DNA from: Promethearchaeota archaeon
Lineage (GTDB): Archaea > Asgardarchaeota > Lokiarchaeia > Sigyniarchaeales > SOKP01
NCBI GenBank assembly: GCA_008080735.1
Contig: SHMW01000029.1
Span: 1 to 42,570 of the forward strand
DNA: 42,570 nucleotides
Direction: 5' to 3'
This document shows, piece by piece, positions 18,012 through 28,420 of this stretch; the first letter of the stretch is position 1; every line of letters starts with the position of its first letter. Position numbers and translations under genes: made by a program. Below the pieces are notes generated by a model that was not told the origin of the DNA, ran no database searches, and was given only the letters and a program-made list of their open reading frames with translations.

Positions 18012-19370
18012 TTAGTTAGAGTTCTCGATATCCTCTTCTTCAATTCCAAATTTTTCTTTAATCCATTCTTTATATTGATTCGTGATATTTCCTTGCCAGA
18101 TGGCATGTTTACCCGTTTGTTTTTCAAACTGTTCAATCAATTGTTCATCTTTGAATTTTCCTTTATGATTTTGTGTTTCTATTGCTGGGTTTTCCTCTTT
18201 ATTTGAACTGTCCTCATTAGTTACTTCCTTTTTTTCTTTAGATTTTTCAATTTCTTCTAATTCTTCCTCTTCTAAATCCAGCTCGTCGAAATCTATCGAT
18301 AATTCAAATTTTTCTCCCGAGATTTCCTCTAAAGTACTGATTATATCCAAGAGATCTTCTTTTTTCCGTTTTGGTATTAGATTTAGAATTTCTTCCTCAG
18401 CGGCTCTTTTCTTCTCCTTCTCTTCTTTTTCATAAGCTTTCTTCTTTTCTAATTGTCGAGCTTGAAGTTCATTCATGATCTCTCGATAATTATCCTTGAA
18501 ATGTTTAAGTCCTACATTTACTAAATCGGAAAAACTTCCCCATTGCTCTTCATTAACAGTTTTTTCAGACCATTGAAATAATTCTCTATTGATATTAAGA
18601 GTTAATACTTTATCTTCGGTAGATTCTTTTTCTATTAACCAGGTGATCGCATTTCCAATTAGTACATCATTATCATGAGCATAAAATCCGTATTCTTTTC
18701 CCAGTGATGAAAATAAAGATAATGCTCCAAATGCAACTACTCTTCCCTGATAATATTCTATTGCCACCATAAGCGGACTATTTGGAATATCTTCTTCAAT
18801 CCATCCTTCTCCATCATACATCTTATGCCAAGCGTTTAGTCCTGCTTTGATAAGTACATCGATATTGATGCTTTGGTCTTTTTTAATATATTCTTGGACA
18901 TCTAATGAGCAAGCGCTGGAAAATACAACTTTTTTCACGCCGTTAGTGATACTATGAGGTTTAAAATCCGAGAAAATTGGGCGCTTTTGGAGATTGGCAT
19001 ATTTCATTGAATCACGGACCTCATCCGGAACAATGGAGAACTTGAACCTTTCAGTTAGTTGGCTTAAATTTGTCCTGTTTTTATAATCTCCTCCCGCAGA
19101 GCTGACGATTAGAAGACCACCACCTTCTTTTACATATTCTTCGACATTATTTATTTCCTCTTCGGTGAACTCTGCACTCCTTGGGGTTGTTAACATAATC
19201 AAGTCATAATTTTCCAGTTTTTCTATCGAATCGAAACCAGCTTGGATTTTCCCGAGTCTAAAACCAGAATTAAATAAAAACTGTACAAAATCCGAATAGG
19301 AGCTGGATTCCATAGTTAATTTATTTTTATGCGAATAGTCTAAAGCAATCTTACCTCTTTTAGCCGTCAT
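18012..19370 (-). CDS. GldG/IFT52-like (DUF4350, GATase-like) domain, ribbon-helix-helix-like segment and acidic tail
   Basis: IALDYSH, FTEEEINNVEEYVKEGGGLLIV, GRVVAFG...NDVLIGNAITWL; then TLNINRELFQW...GSFSDLVNVGLKHF. Confidence 0.65.
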   Translation of the reverse strand: MTAKRGKIALDYSHKNKLTMESSSYSDFVQFLFNSGFRLGKIQAGFDSIEKLENYDLIMLTTPRSAEFTEEEINNVEEYVKEGGGLLIVSSAGGDYKNRTNLSQLTERFKFSIVPDEVRDSMKYANLQKRPIFSDFKPHSITNGVKKVVFSSACSLDVQEYIKKDQSINIDVLIKAGLNAWHKMYDGEGWIEEDIPNSPLMVAIEYYQGRVVAFGALSLFSSLGKEYGFYAHDNDVLIGNAITWLIEKESTEDKVLTLNINRELFQWSEKTVNEEQWGSFSDLVNVGLKHFKDNYREIMNELQARQLEKKKAYEKEEKEKKRAAEEEILNLIPKRKKEDLLDIISTLEEISGEKFELSIDFDELDLEEEELEEIEKSKEKKEVTNEDSSNKEENPAIETQNHKGKFKDEQLIEQFEKQTGKHAIWQGNITNQYKEWIKEKFGIEEEDIENSN

Positions 19371-19469
19371 TTTTCTTATATTATATTTTATTGCTCTAGC
19401 TTAATTATATATACTCTTTAATTTTGAGTTTTATTATTATATCTAAAAAAAATACAATAACCTTCTCTT

Positions 19470-20333
19470 TTATTTTTCTGCCTTTTTAGCAAAAATATCG
19501 TATACTGTGTGATATAAATTTGGTCCGTAGCTCTTTACAAAACGTTTGTCCTTCAATTCTGTGATAAATCCCAGGCATTCAGCATTCTCAGCAAATTCAT
19601 TGTAGAGCACCAAATCTTTTTCCCTATCGCCAATCCCTTCATAGTGAATAATAGTGCCAGAATTTTTTACTAAAGTTAATGCCTCCTCAATATAATCTTT
19701 TGGAGCTGGAAAAACTCCCATAATGATCCTATCAGCTCTAATCCCCTCCTCACTCAATCTTAACACCTCCTCTTTACAATTTCCGTGGATGGGATGAATC
19801 AATTCTTGAACCTTGTTTAATTTAATATTTTCAACAAGATATTTATAGGCAGTTGGATTTAACTCGATACTATGAATCTTTTCAGGATCCGCTAATACAG
19901 CTATTGGGAGCGAAAAATAGCCAATTCCTGCAAACATATCTACAATAATCTCCCCAGCCTTCACTAAAGATGCAAGATGTTTTCTTTCGTTAATATTTCC
20001 TTTACTAAACATTATTTTTTTAATATTGAATCGATACACAACTCCATGTTCTTTATGTTCAACCATGGGATCCTTCTCTCCGGCCACATATTCAATTCTT
20101 TCAGGTTCTCGAAATTGACCTTCAATTTTCCCTCGATTTATATACACTGAACGCATATAGTGAAGGATGTCAAGATATGCATTCGCAATGAGTTTTTTCT
20201 TTTCTAATAATTGCTCATCCAATTTAATTATAACAATCCCTCCTAACGTTTGAAATCCGCTAGGCAACAGCTCTAATTCTTTTTCGGTTAGCTCTGCTCT
20301 TAATTTTTCAACTAACTTATCTTTAAATCCCAT
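19470..20333 (-). CDS. taw2: Trm5/TYW2 (Taw2)-family tRNA-modifying SAM-dependent transferase
   Basis: HKEHG, MFSKGNINER, VDMFAGIGYF, ELNP, ADRIIMG, IIHYE, VKSYGP. Confidence 0.8.
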   Translation of the reverse strand: MGFKDKLVEKLRAELTEKELELLPSGFQTLGGIVIIKLDEQLLEKKKLIANAYLDILHYMRSVYINRGKIEGQFREPERIEYVAGEKDPMVEHKEHGVVYRFNIKKIMFSKGNINERKHLASLVKAGEIIVDMFAGIGYFSLPIAVLADPEKIHSIELNPTAYKYLVENIKLNKVQELIHPIHGNCKEEVLRLSEEGIRADRIIMGVFPAPKDYIEEALTLVKNSGTIIHYEGIGDREKDLVLYNEFAENAECLGFITELKDKRFVKSYGPNLYHTVYDIFAKKAEK

Positions 20334-20511
20334 CTTATTTCTAATGTTTTGAACAATGATTAGAATCTAAACTGATCTATATAAGTAGTTAAGTATATAA
20401 ATTCAATTTTTCTAATAATTCAATAAAAAACATTAAATATCTTAATATCAAAATAGATTATTAATTGTAATTTGAAACATAAAATATCTAATACATAACT
20501 GTTAAAAAAAC

Positions 20512-22374
20512 GTGAAATATATGCCAAGTTTAAAAGATTTTGAAGTTGACGATAATAAAGTATGGTTTACTGGAGGATATTGGCCAGAGGGAGTTCCAAA
20601 ACAGCTTTATGATGTCGATCGTGTTAAGATAGAGCCGATGTTCGACGGGTTTATCCGAAATGCGAACGATAACGATCTCTGGGACGAAGATATCTGTATG
20701 GCGGTCTTTGGGCCGCATATTGAGAAAATAACCTATCGTAAATTAATCGAATATGCAAAACGATTCGGTACATATTTATATGATTTAGGTGTGAGAAAAG
20801 GGGATACGGTCGCAATAGATTTACCCAACTCCATTAATTTCGTTGTAGCATACATCGGGACCCAATATATTGGTGCGATTGTGGCTGGTGTCAATCCACA
20901 ATATAAACCGATGGAATTACTCCACGAATTAACTATTACTGATGCAAAAGTGCTAGTATTGATGGATGCGCTTTATTTACTCGTGAAATCTACTTTACCT
21001 AAAACTAAAGTTAAACACTTAATTCCAACTAACCTTCTCGACTTCGTAAACGTTCCCGAGAAAATGTTTGAATTATTACGAGATAAAGTACCAGATTTTC
21101 AAGATAAGATTCCTGATGAGGGGAAAACCTATAAGGTCCATCGATTAATGGATATTCTTGAAAATACCGAACCTAAGGAGATCGAAGTGGATATAGATCC
21201 GTGGAATGATCCCGCAGTCTATTTAATGACCGGTGGAACCACAGGACTACCGAAAGCTGCGATGCTAAGTCATGCAAATTTAATTGCGAATCTTTATCAA
21301 ATGCAAGACTGGGTACAATTAACTCCTGGCATGATTACTATTGGATCAATTCCGTTCTTCCACAGCTTTGGGATGACCTGCGTAATGAATGGCGCTACTG
21401 CCCTAGGAATGAACATGCTTCTGTTCCCACGACCACCTGAGGAGGAAGATTTATGTAAAACAATCAAACAACTTGATGCTCCGAAAGGTATTATGTACAC
21501 CGGAGTTGAGATGCTTTTCAAGAGATTAACCGATTTCGTAGAAGAAATGGGAGAGGAAAAATTCAAAAAACGCTATGATTTCCATGAGAAATTGAAATAC
21601 GCCACTCAAGGCGCGGGACCATTGCATGATTATGTGAGAGTTCCCTTCGAAGAAATATTCTGTCCAATTCGCGTTGGATATGGATTAACTGAAACCTCGC
21701 CCGTTGTGTCTGTCGCACCCTTCTGGGGACCGACTAAAACGGGAAAAATTGGATTGCCACTTCCAGGTACCGATTGGGCGATTTTCGATCCAAATGATTT
21801 TGATGCGGGACCAATCTGCGATGGAACAAAAGAACGAGGTGGTTTTGGAGTTGAACATACGGGAGAGATCTGTGTCTGTGGCCCTCAAGTTATGCTGGGC
21901 TATAAAGGTGAGCAAAAGGAACAAGAGGACAACTTGAAAATGTGGGATGGACGTCGCTGGTTATTGACCGGTGATATTGGCTTTATGGACGAACACGGCT
22001 GGTGTGAAATCCGAGATCGCAAGAAATCCTTAATCAAGGTATCAGGACATTCTGTCTTTCCAAAAGAAGTAGAAGAGCTGATGGCACACCATCCGATGGT
22101 CGATGAAGTGGCTGTCGCGGGCCTGCCAGATGAACACCGAGGGGAAGTTGCAAAAGCGTGGGTGACACTCAAAAAGGATTATAAAGCCGATAAGGACATC
22201 ACATCGGAGCAACTGAAGGAATGGTGCTATGAAAATATGGCTAAATGGAAAACTCCATCGTATATTGAGTTTGTAAAGAGTCTTCCTGTAAGCATGACCG
22301 GAAAAGTCCAACGTAGAGCACTACAAGAGAAAGATCTTAGCAGAATCGAGAAAGGGCGCGATATTAGAGGTTAA
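20512..22374 (+). CDS. Long-chain fatty acid--CoA ligase (AMP-binding enzyme)
   Basis: MTGGTTGLPKA, GYGLTETSP, GEICVCGPQVMLGY, TGDIG, DRKKSLIK, GKVQRR. Confidence 0.92.
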   Translation: MKYMPSLKDFEVDDNKVWFTGGYWPEGVPKQLYDVDRVKIEPMFDGFIRNANDNDLWDEDICMAVFGPHIEKITYRKLIEYAKRFGTYLYDLGVRKGDTVAIDLPNSINFVVAYIGTQYIGAIVAGVNPQYKPMELLHELTITDAKVLVLMDALYLLVKSTLPKTKVKHLIPTNLLDFVNVPEKMFELLRDKVPDFQDKIPDEGKTYKVHRLMDILENTEPKEIEVDIDPWNDPAVYLMTGGTTGLPKAAMLSHANLIANLYQMQDWVQLTPGMITIGSIPFFHSFGMTCVMNGATALGMNMLLFPRPPEEEDLCKTIKQLDAPKGIMYTGVEMLFKRLTDFVEEMGEEKFKKRYDFHEKLKYATQGAGPLHDYVRVPFEEIFCPIRVGYGLTETSPVVSVAPFWGPTKTGKIGLPLPGTDWAIFDPNDFDAGPICDGTKERGGFGVEHTGEICVCGPQVMLGYKGEQKEQEDNLKMWDGRRWLLTGDIGFMDEHGWCEIRDRKKSLIKVSGHSVFPKEVEELMAHHPMVDEVAVAGLPDEHRGEVAKAWVTLKKDYKADKDITSEQLKEWCYENMAKWKTPSYIEFVKSLPVSMTGKVQRRALQEKDLSRIEKGRDIRG

Positions 22375-22537
22375 TTCAATATTTTCTTTATAAATTTTTT
22401 TCACTTTATTTCTATTTTATGCTTAATATAGGTTTATACCTCATTTAGAATTTTTAAGTTCTCAGTAGAAAAGTTAATATAATATTTTCTCTAAGTTGTA
22501 TTAAAATAGTATATAATTTACTTATTGTGAGAATAAA

Positions 22538-23968
22538 ATGAGTTCTACGGAAAAAAACTCTGTCAAAGAGACATCTACAGCAGATAAAGTCAAATTACCC
22601 TTATTAGTCTTTCTTTCATTTGCTCTTGGCGATTTCATTATCGAGCTGTTTGTCTATCTATTTAGTGTACGCGTACTACATTTCTATGAGACAGTTGTTG
22701 GTCTTCAACCGACAGTATATCTTCTGGTATATATAATCTACGCGGGATATAATATGGTAAATGATCCCATCGTGGGTAATTTCGCGGATAAACCAAAATC
22801 TTTCTGGAAAAAATATGGGAAGCGCGCGCCTTGGATTGTAGTTGGAGTAATTGGATTGGCTATTTCCTTTGTATTCATATTCGCAGTTCCAGATATAAAC
22901 CCTCAAGAAAGTATCGCAAATACGGTTATCGTATTTATATGGTTCCTCGTATCTGTGTGCCTTTTCGATACTTTTTTCTCTATGTTTGATACTAACTACA
23001 ATGGCTTAATTCCAGAGAAATTTAGAACGGACAAACAAAGATTAAGATTGTCTGGGTTTGAAGTGACTATGGGAATATTGGGCCAAATCGTAGGGTCAAC
23101 ACTTTCACCTTTACTGTTCGACGACGATATTCAGAGTTCCTTTATCGTGATGGCTTTAGTAATGGCAATCGTGGCGATCGTGATTGTGCTTCTTCAGCTT
23201 TATGGAATACGCGAAAGCGAAGAGATGAAGGAAGGACATTTGAAAAACGCTGGTCGTCTTCAAGACAGGAGCTTCTTCGAAACATTAAAAATTTGTATTA
23301 CTCAACGGAGTTTCTTAGCTTATCTTCTGCTATTTACATGCTATCAAGCAACAATTTTGCTCCTTTTAGGTTCTATTCCATATTTAGTTGAATTTGTATT
23401 AGGATTGTCAGATGATTATGAAACTCTTATTATGTTGGGGTACATAGTTGCGGGTTTAGCATCGGTTCCGATTTGGTCTAAAGTAGCCTTGAAAAAAGGA
23501 AAAAAGAATGTATATGTGGTGACGGGTATTGCTACGTCTTTCTTAAGCATTCCGTTTTTCTTTATCGAGACACTTGAATTGAGCATCTTATTTGGTGCTA
23601 TTCTTGGTGTGGGACTTATAGGATTTTGGCTTATGTCAAACCCAATTCTGGCGGATGTGATTGATGAAGCGGTAGCGAAAAATGAAATTCGGCAAGAAGG
23701 ATTATATATGGGTGTGCGCGTGTTTTTCGCTCGGATTGCGCTTATAATTCAAGCACTCACTTTTGCCGTGATCCATATGCTTACGTTTTTTGACCCAGAA
23801 GCGCCTGCTCCTATAGATCCACTACCAAAATTAGGATTGAAAATACAAATGGCGATCGTTCCAATGATTATAATGCTTATAGGGATCATTATCTTTTATC
23901 TGTTGTATGATATAACTCCTGAAAAGAAAGAACAAACAAGACTTCGGTTAGAACAGCTAAAATTATAA
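22538..23968 (+). CDS. MFS transporter, GPH/MelB-like family
   Basis: NDPIVGNFAD, YGKRAPW, ADVID...RQEGLYMG; about 12 TM helices. Confidence 0.9.
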   Translation: MSSTEKNSVKETSTADKVKLPLLVFLSFALGDFIIELFVYLFSVRVLHFYETVVGLQPTVYLLVYIIYAGYNMVNDPIVGNFADKPKSFWKKYGKRAPWIVVGVIGLAISFVFIFAVPDINPQESIANTVIVFIWFLVSVCLFDTFFSMFDTNYNGLIPEKFRTDKQRLRLSGFEVTMGILGQIVGSTLSPLLFDDDIQSSFIVMALVMAIVAIVIVLLQLYGIRESEEMKEGHLKNAGRLQDRSFFETLKICITQRSFLAYLLLFTCYQATILLLLGSIPYLVEFVLGLSDDYETLIMLGYIVAGLASVPIWSKVALKKGKKNVYVVTGIATSFLSIPFFFIETLELSILFGAILGVGLIGFWLMSNPILADVIDEAVAKNEIRQEGLYMGVRVFFARIALIIQALTFAVIHMLTFFDPEAPAPIDPLPKLGLKIQMAIVPMIIMLIGIIIFYLLYDITPEKKEQTRLRLEQLKL

Positions 23969-24009
23969 ATATTCAAATCTATATTACATTTTTTTATTTC
24001 TTTCCATTT

Positions 24010-25287
24010 TTAAAGATATGAATAGCAATAGGAATCATGCTTTGGGAATAATTTCTCCATAAATACCAACCAATCTTCCTTGTATATCGTGTCTGTGATT
24101 ATTGATTTGATTTCTTGAATAGTTTTTGAACCGAGGATAATTTGGGTTAAATGTGAATTGGGAACCTTCAAATCGTAATCAGGCTCCTCGGGAAATCCTT
24201 TTCTCAATTCAATTTGCTTGATTTCTCCGTTCCTAAAACAAATATGGAGATTTTCGCGATAAGTACTTATTTTTATTATTTTATTCATATCCCGAAAGAT
24301 TGAATTCTTGATTCTTCTCTCCATCAAGGGTCTAATCGCATCAAAAAATTTCTTGAGATTGGGGATTTTAATTTGCCAACCCCACTTATTCTCTATCGTG
24401 GCACCCAATGATAATAGAAATGAACTAAGCTCTGAATTTGGAGGATTGAGAATTAGAATTGAATTTTCTCTGAGATTATTCTGTTTTTTGCATTCATTTT
24501 TCCAAAAATCTAACATTCGAAGTATCTGTCGACAGCTTAATGCGCTCGTTAGCATAATTACATTTTCCGTGCCGAAATATTCTCCCACACAAAAAAAAGC
24601 TTGGACCTCCTTCTTTTCTTCCAAAACATAAGTTCGAAATTGAAATTCTGTATATTTATCATTTAAATATTTATAGATAAAAGGCTTAGAATTAAATTTT
24701 TGCGTGATGCTATATTTTTCAGCCCATTGATTATACAGATTTTCCAAGTTTTCGATATCAGCTTCCAAAGCTCTTCTAATTCTTATATCGTAGTTCTCGG
24801 ATTCGGGAATTTCATCAAATGAAACCTTATATCCATAATCTAAAGGTATAGCAAATTCATAGCCGTATCTCCGATAAAAGAAAGGAACTCCTCGAATTAC
24901 AGAGAGTATATAACCTCTTTCTTGCATAATTTTTTCGTAGCATTGATTTATTTTTGAAAATAGACCATGGTCCCTATACTCTTCAGCTGTAGCAACAAAT
25001 CCCATTTCACAGATTGGAATATTAATGCCTTCAAAGTCCCAAATTTCTGGAAATAACAACCCAGAGGAGACTATTTTATCTTTTAATTCATCTTCTATAT
25101 AAAACCATATATGATCTTTCCTATTGGGGTGATCATTGAATAAACGGTACATATAGTTCTTTAGATCTTCTCCATGGACTTGGATATTTAACTTAATTAT
25201 TCTATCAATCTCCTCTTCATTCTCTTCAGCGATTCTAAGAATAAGATTATCTCCAATTTTTTCCAAATGACCCTTTTGTAACATCAA
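24010..25287 (-). CDS. Eis-like GNAT acetyltransferase with SCP2-like C-terminus
   Basis: MGFVATAEEYRDHGL, FFYRRYGYE; tandem GNAT-sized region. Confidence 0.8.
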   Translation of the reverse strand: MMLQKGHLEKIGDNLILRIAEENEEEIDRIIKLNIQVHGEDLKNYMYRLFNDHPNRKDHIWFYIEDELKDKIVSSGLLFPEIWDFEGINIPICEMGFVATAEEYRDHGLFSKINQCYEKIMQERGYILSVIRGVPFFYRRYGYEFAIPLDYGYKVSFDEIPESENYDIRIRRALEADIENLENLYNQWAEKYSITQKFNSKPFIYKYLNDKYTEFQFRTYVLEEKKEVQAFFCVGEYFGTENVIMLTSALSCRQILRMLDFWKNECKKQNNLRENSILILNPPNSELSSFLLSLGATIENKWGWQIKIPNLKKFFDAIRPLMERRIKNSIFRDMNKIIKISTYRENLHICFRNGEIKQIELRKGFPEEPDYDLKVPNSHLTQIILGSKTIQEIKSIITDTIYKEDWLVFMEKLFPKHDSYCYSYL

Positions 25288-25380
25288 GGAAATAAACGAT
25301 TTGCAATTAATATCTTTTTTTAAACATTCCTTTTTCCTCTATCCTATTTTAAGTTCATAAGCTAGCTTATACAAAATATT

Positions 25381-25605
25381 ATTTTCCGTAAATCTTATTT
25401 AAATTTAGATATTGATATGGCGAATTATTTATTGGAAATAGATCATAATAATATCTAAGAAACTTTTTGTACATATATATCTCCTAAAGGTTTATTAAGC
25501 TATGTGGATGCTTCGCTAGTTTATCTTTATCAAAAATATAATGCGTTATATTTAATTTCATTTGATGTTCATATCGATAATTTAGTTAATAGATTATTGA
25601 TATAA
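25381..25605 (+). pseudogene. PIN/VapC toxin remnant (C-terminal part)
   Basis: Frame reads ...NNI*ETFCTYISPKGLLSYVDASLVYLYQKYNALYLISFDVHIDNLVNRLLI*; LSxxDA and (S/T)FD are PIN C-terminal motifs; in-frame TAA at 25456-25458; no intact N-terminus. Confidence 0.55.
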
Positions 25606-25638
25606 TTAAAAAAGAAAAAGAAAGTGAGAGATTGTTAG

Positions 25639-27264
25639 TTATTCATTGATTCTTTCGTAGATGTCTCCTACAGCATCATAAATATTAACATATTCCTTAA
25701 AAAGTTTATCATAAAGCGTACGATTATCGGGATTTGGAGTAAAGATCTTCGAAAATTCTATATGTTTTGGGATGTGCTCCCATTTTGTATATCCCAGCCC
25801 TACAGCGGCAATAAAGGCTGCGCCTCGGGCATTTGCTTGGATTGGGTTCTTAACTTGCCGTATTTTCCTATCAAGAATATCCGCAAATATCTGACACCAT
25901 ACATCTGACTGACCACCACCACCGATAATGTTTAATTGGGGCATTATTTTGCCGTTTTGAATTCTCTGCGGCTCCTCTTTCTTAACCCATTTTTCAATAA
26001 ACTTTTCTACATACATCAAAAGCCATTTAATGTTAAATGCAACACCCTCAAAGATCGCGCGAATGATGTGTTCTCGATTCATTTCCAGCGAAAGATTATA
26101 CAACCCGCCTCGAATAGAATGGTCATCTATCGGTGCTCTCTCTCCCACCAACCAAGGGGTAAAAATAAGTCCATTTGAACCTGGAGGGGTCTCAGCTACG
26201 ATTTTATCAAATATTTTATAAATATCAGGCACAGCTTCTTCTTGTAACAACTCATCCTTATGATACAAAATGTTGTCTCTCAAATAAGTTAATGCCCCGC
26301 CAGCAATTTCTTGCTCATTGATAATCATATATTTTCCTGGAATCGCAGAAGGAACGCTCGCCATATTATGGAATATATCTGTTTTTTTATACGGCACATG
26401 ACAACCAATCCAATCAGAAGTTCCGATATAGATATGTCCATCATAATTCTTTATTGCTCCAGAACCAATATCTGCTGAATGAAGATCTGGAGCGCCCATA
26501 ACCACTTTTGTATCTTTTTCAAGCCCTAATTCATCTGCAACTTGCGGGTCCAAGGGCCCTAATACATCGGTCGACCATTTTAACTCTTGAGGGAGTTTTT
26601 CTTTATCAATCTTCAGTTTCTTAATAAGCTTATCAGAATAGGAAATATTATTTATATCTCTAATATCAGTGACCCAATGCATTTGAATAGTGGCAAATGA
26701 AGAAGCGATTTTACCTGTAAGCTTATAATTAATATAATCTTGGGGTTCTAAGAATTTATAAGTCTTATTATAGATATTAGGTTCTTCATTCTGTATCCAA
26801 GTAATATTAGAAATAGGGTCTTTCCCACTTAGAGAAGGACCTCCCGCTGTTCTTTTAATCCAAGTGAGCATTTTAAACAGATTATATCCATCGACTTGTA
26901 ATAATCCTTTATGGAATTCCTTCGCATATTTAGCTGCTCTAGTATCCATCCAAATAATTGAATTCATCAAGGGATTACCGTCTCTATCAATAGCAACTGT
27001 ACCACTCCATTGACTCGAATTACACACACCGACGATTTCTTCGACTGGTATCTCACAATCCTCTAAAACTTTCTGGGATGCCTTTTTCATAGCATTCCAC
27101 CATTCGTTCGGTTTTTGCTCGGCTAACCCTCCTTTACCTGTGATAAGGTCAACGGGTTCAAAAGCCCAATTGATAACATCTCCGTGAGTAGAGACAATCG
27201 CACATTTAGGACCACCTGTACCGTGATCTATCGCTAAAATATATTTTTTATCCTTAATCGACAT
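25639..27264 (-). CDS. FGGY-family carbohydrate kinase (xylulokinase-like)
   Basis: LAIDHGTGGPK, IIWMDTRA, PWLVGERAP, RAIFEGVA, GGGGQSDVWCQIFADIL. Confidence 0.92.
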   Translation of the reverse strand: MSIKDKKYILAIDHGTGGPKCAIVSTHGDVINWAFEPVDLITGKGGLAEQKPNEWWNAMKKASQKVLEDCEIPVEEIVGVCNSSQWSGTVAIDRDGNPLMNSIIWMDTRAAKYAKEFHKGLLQVDGYNLFKMLTWIKRTAGGPSLSGKDPISNITWIQNEEPNIYNKTYKFLEPQDYINYKLTGKIASSFATIQMHWVTDIRDINNISYSDKLIKKLKIDKEKLPQELKWSTDVLGPLDPQVADELGLEKDTKVVMGAPDLHSADIGSGAIKNYDGHIYIGTSDWIGCHVPYKKTDIFHNMASVPSAIPGKYMIINEQEIAGGALTYLRDNILYHKDELLQEEAVPDIYKIFDKIVAETPPGSNGLIFTPWLVGERAPIDDHSIRGGLYNLSLEMNREHIIRAIFEGVAFNIKWLLMYVEKFIEKWVKKEEPQRIQNGKIMPQLNIIGGGGQSDVWCQIFADILDRKIRQVKNPIQANARGAAFIAAVGLGYTKWEHIPKHIEFSKIFTPNPDNRTLYDKLFKEYVNIYDAVGDIYERINE

Positions 27265-27444
27265 AGTTAATCCTAATTTAGAACAGGTTAATTATATTGT
27301 ATATTAATTAATTTTGTAGTTAATAATATTTCCTTGTTTAATAGCATATTTTTATTATATATACGATTTATGATAATCTAGACAGATTTAAAGAAGAAGA
27401 TAACTTAACAAAATGTAGAACTAATAAGAAATTTATTTAAAAAA

Positions 27445-28248
27445 ATGAATTGGGAAACGCAAGATATCAAAATAGAAGGTATCAAGATTCATTTACATAA
27501 AAGCAATAACAATAAGCAACCAATTATTTTTTTACATGGTGCAATGGATAATGGACTATGTTTCTCCCCCATTGCAGAAAAATTTAATGAGGATTACCGT
27601 GTAATTATGCCTGATCTTCGGGGTCATGGGCTAACGGATACATTAGATGAGGATTGGACCTACGAGGCGATGGCAGAGGATATAAAAAAAATAATAGAAT
27701 TCCTTGGATTAAATAGGGCTATTCTCATTGGGCATTCTATGGGGGGCAATATTGCGGCAAAAGTAGCTCAAAAATATCCTAATTCAGTACAAAAGTTAGT
27801 ATTGGAAGATCCCGGATTTGTGGTGGGGGAAATGTCTTGGATTAAAAAGGTATTCTATAAATTTCTAATGCGTATTTTCCTTAAACTACTTCTTAGAGGA
27901 GATAGTCAAAAAATTTTCAAGCGAGGAAAAAAGCAGAACCCGAAATGGTCTGAAGAGGAATTAGAACCGTGGGCCGAATCAAAAGTGCAATTTAAAAATC
28001 AAAATCCTAAAAAATTAATAAGTTCCTTAATCAAGTCCTATAATTGGGAAAAAATTGTAGAACAGATCGAATGTCCAACTCTCCTTATTACTTCAGAAGA
28101 AGGAATAATGGAAGATGAGCTTGCTAAAAAGGTATTGGAACTAAATAACAATGTTAAATGGATTAAAATTGATAACGCAGGGCATAATATCCGTCGTGAA
28201 AATATGGAGGATTATTTATCGGCCGTGAAGTTCTTCTTAAAGGGTTAA
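27445..28248 (+). CDS. Alpha/beta hydrolase
   Basis: FLHG, DLRGHG, GHSMGG, AGHNIR. Confidence 0.9.
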   Translation: MNWETQDIKIEGIKIHLHKSNNNKQPIIFLHGAMDNGLCFSPIAEKFNEDYRVIMPDLRGHGLTDTLDEDWTYEAMAEDIKKIIEFLGLNRAILIGHSMGGNIAAKVAQKYPNSVQKLVLEDPGFVVGEMSWIKKVFYKFLMRIFLKLLLRGDSQKIFKRGKKQNPKWSEEELEPWAESKVQFKNQNPKKLISSLIKSYNWEKIVEQIECPTLLITSEEGIMEDELAKKVLELNNNVKWIKIDNAGHNIRRENMEDYLSAVKFFLKG

Positions 28249-28274
28249 ACGAATTACCTTATTTTGCTAATTTC

Positions 28275-28306
28275 AGATGGGTGATAAATACCCACCTAGT
28301 TTTTTT
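28275..28306 (+). terminator. Hairpin plus T-tract after the hydrolase gene
   Basis: TGGGT-GATAAAT-ACCCA stem followed by a T7 run. Confidence 0.35.
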
Positions 28307-28420
28307 CGAATACTTATTCACTATTACAACGAAGACAACAACTGGACTTCATTTTTGTTATATTTAATTAGTCACATAATTATTTAAAAATCGTTAATTA
28401 AACATTAGTGTATAAAGAAT

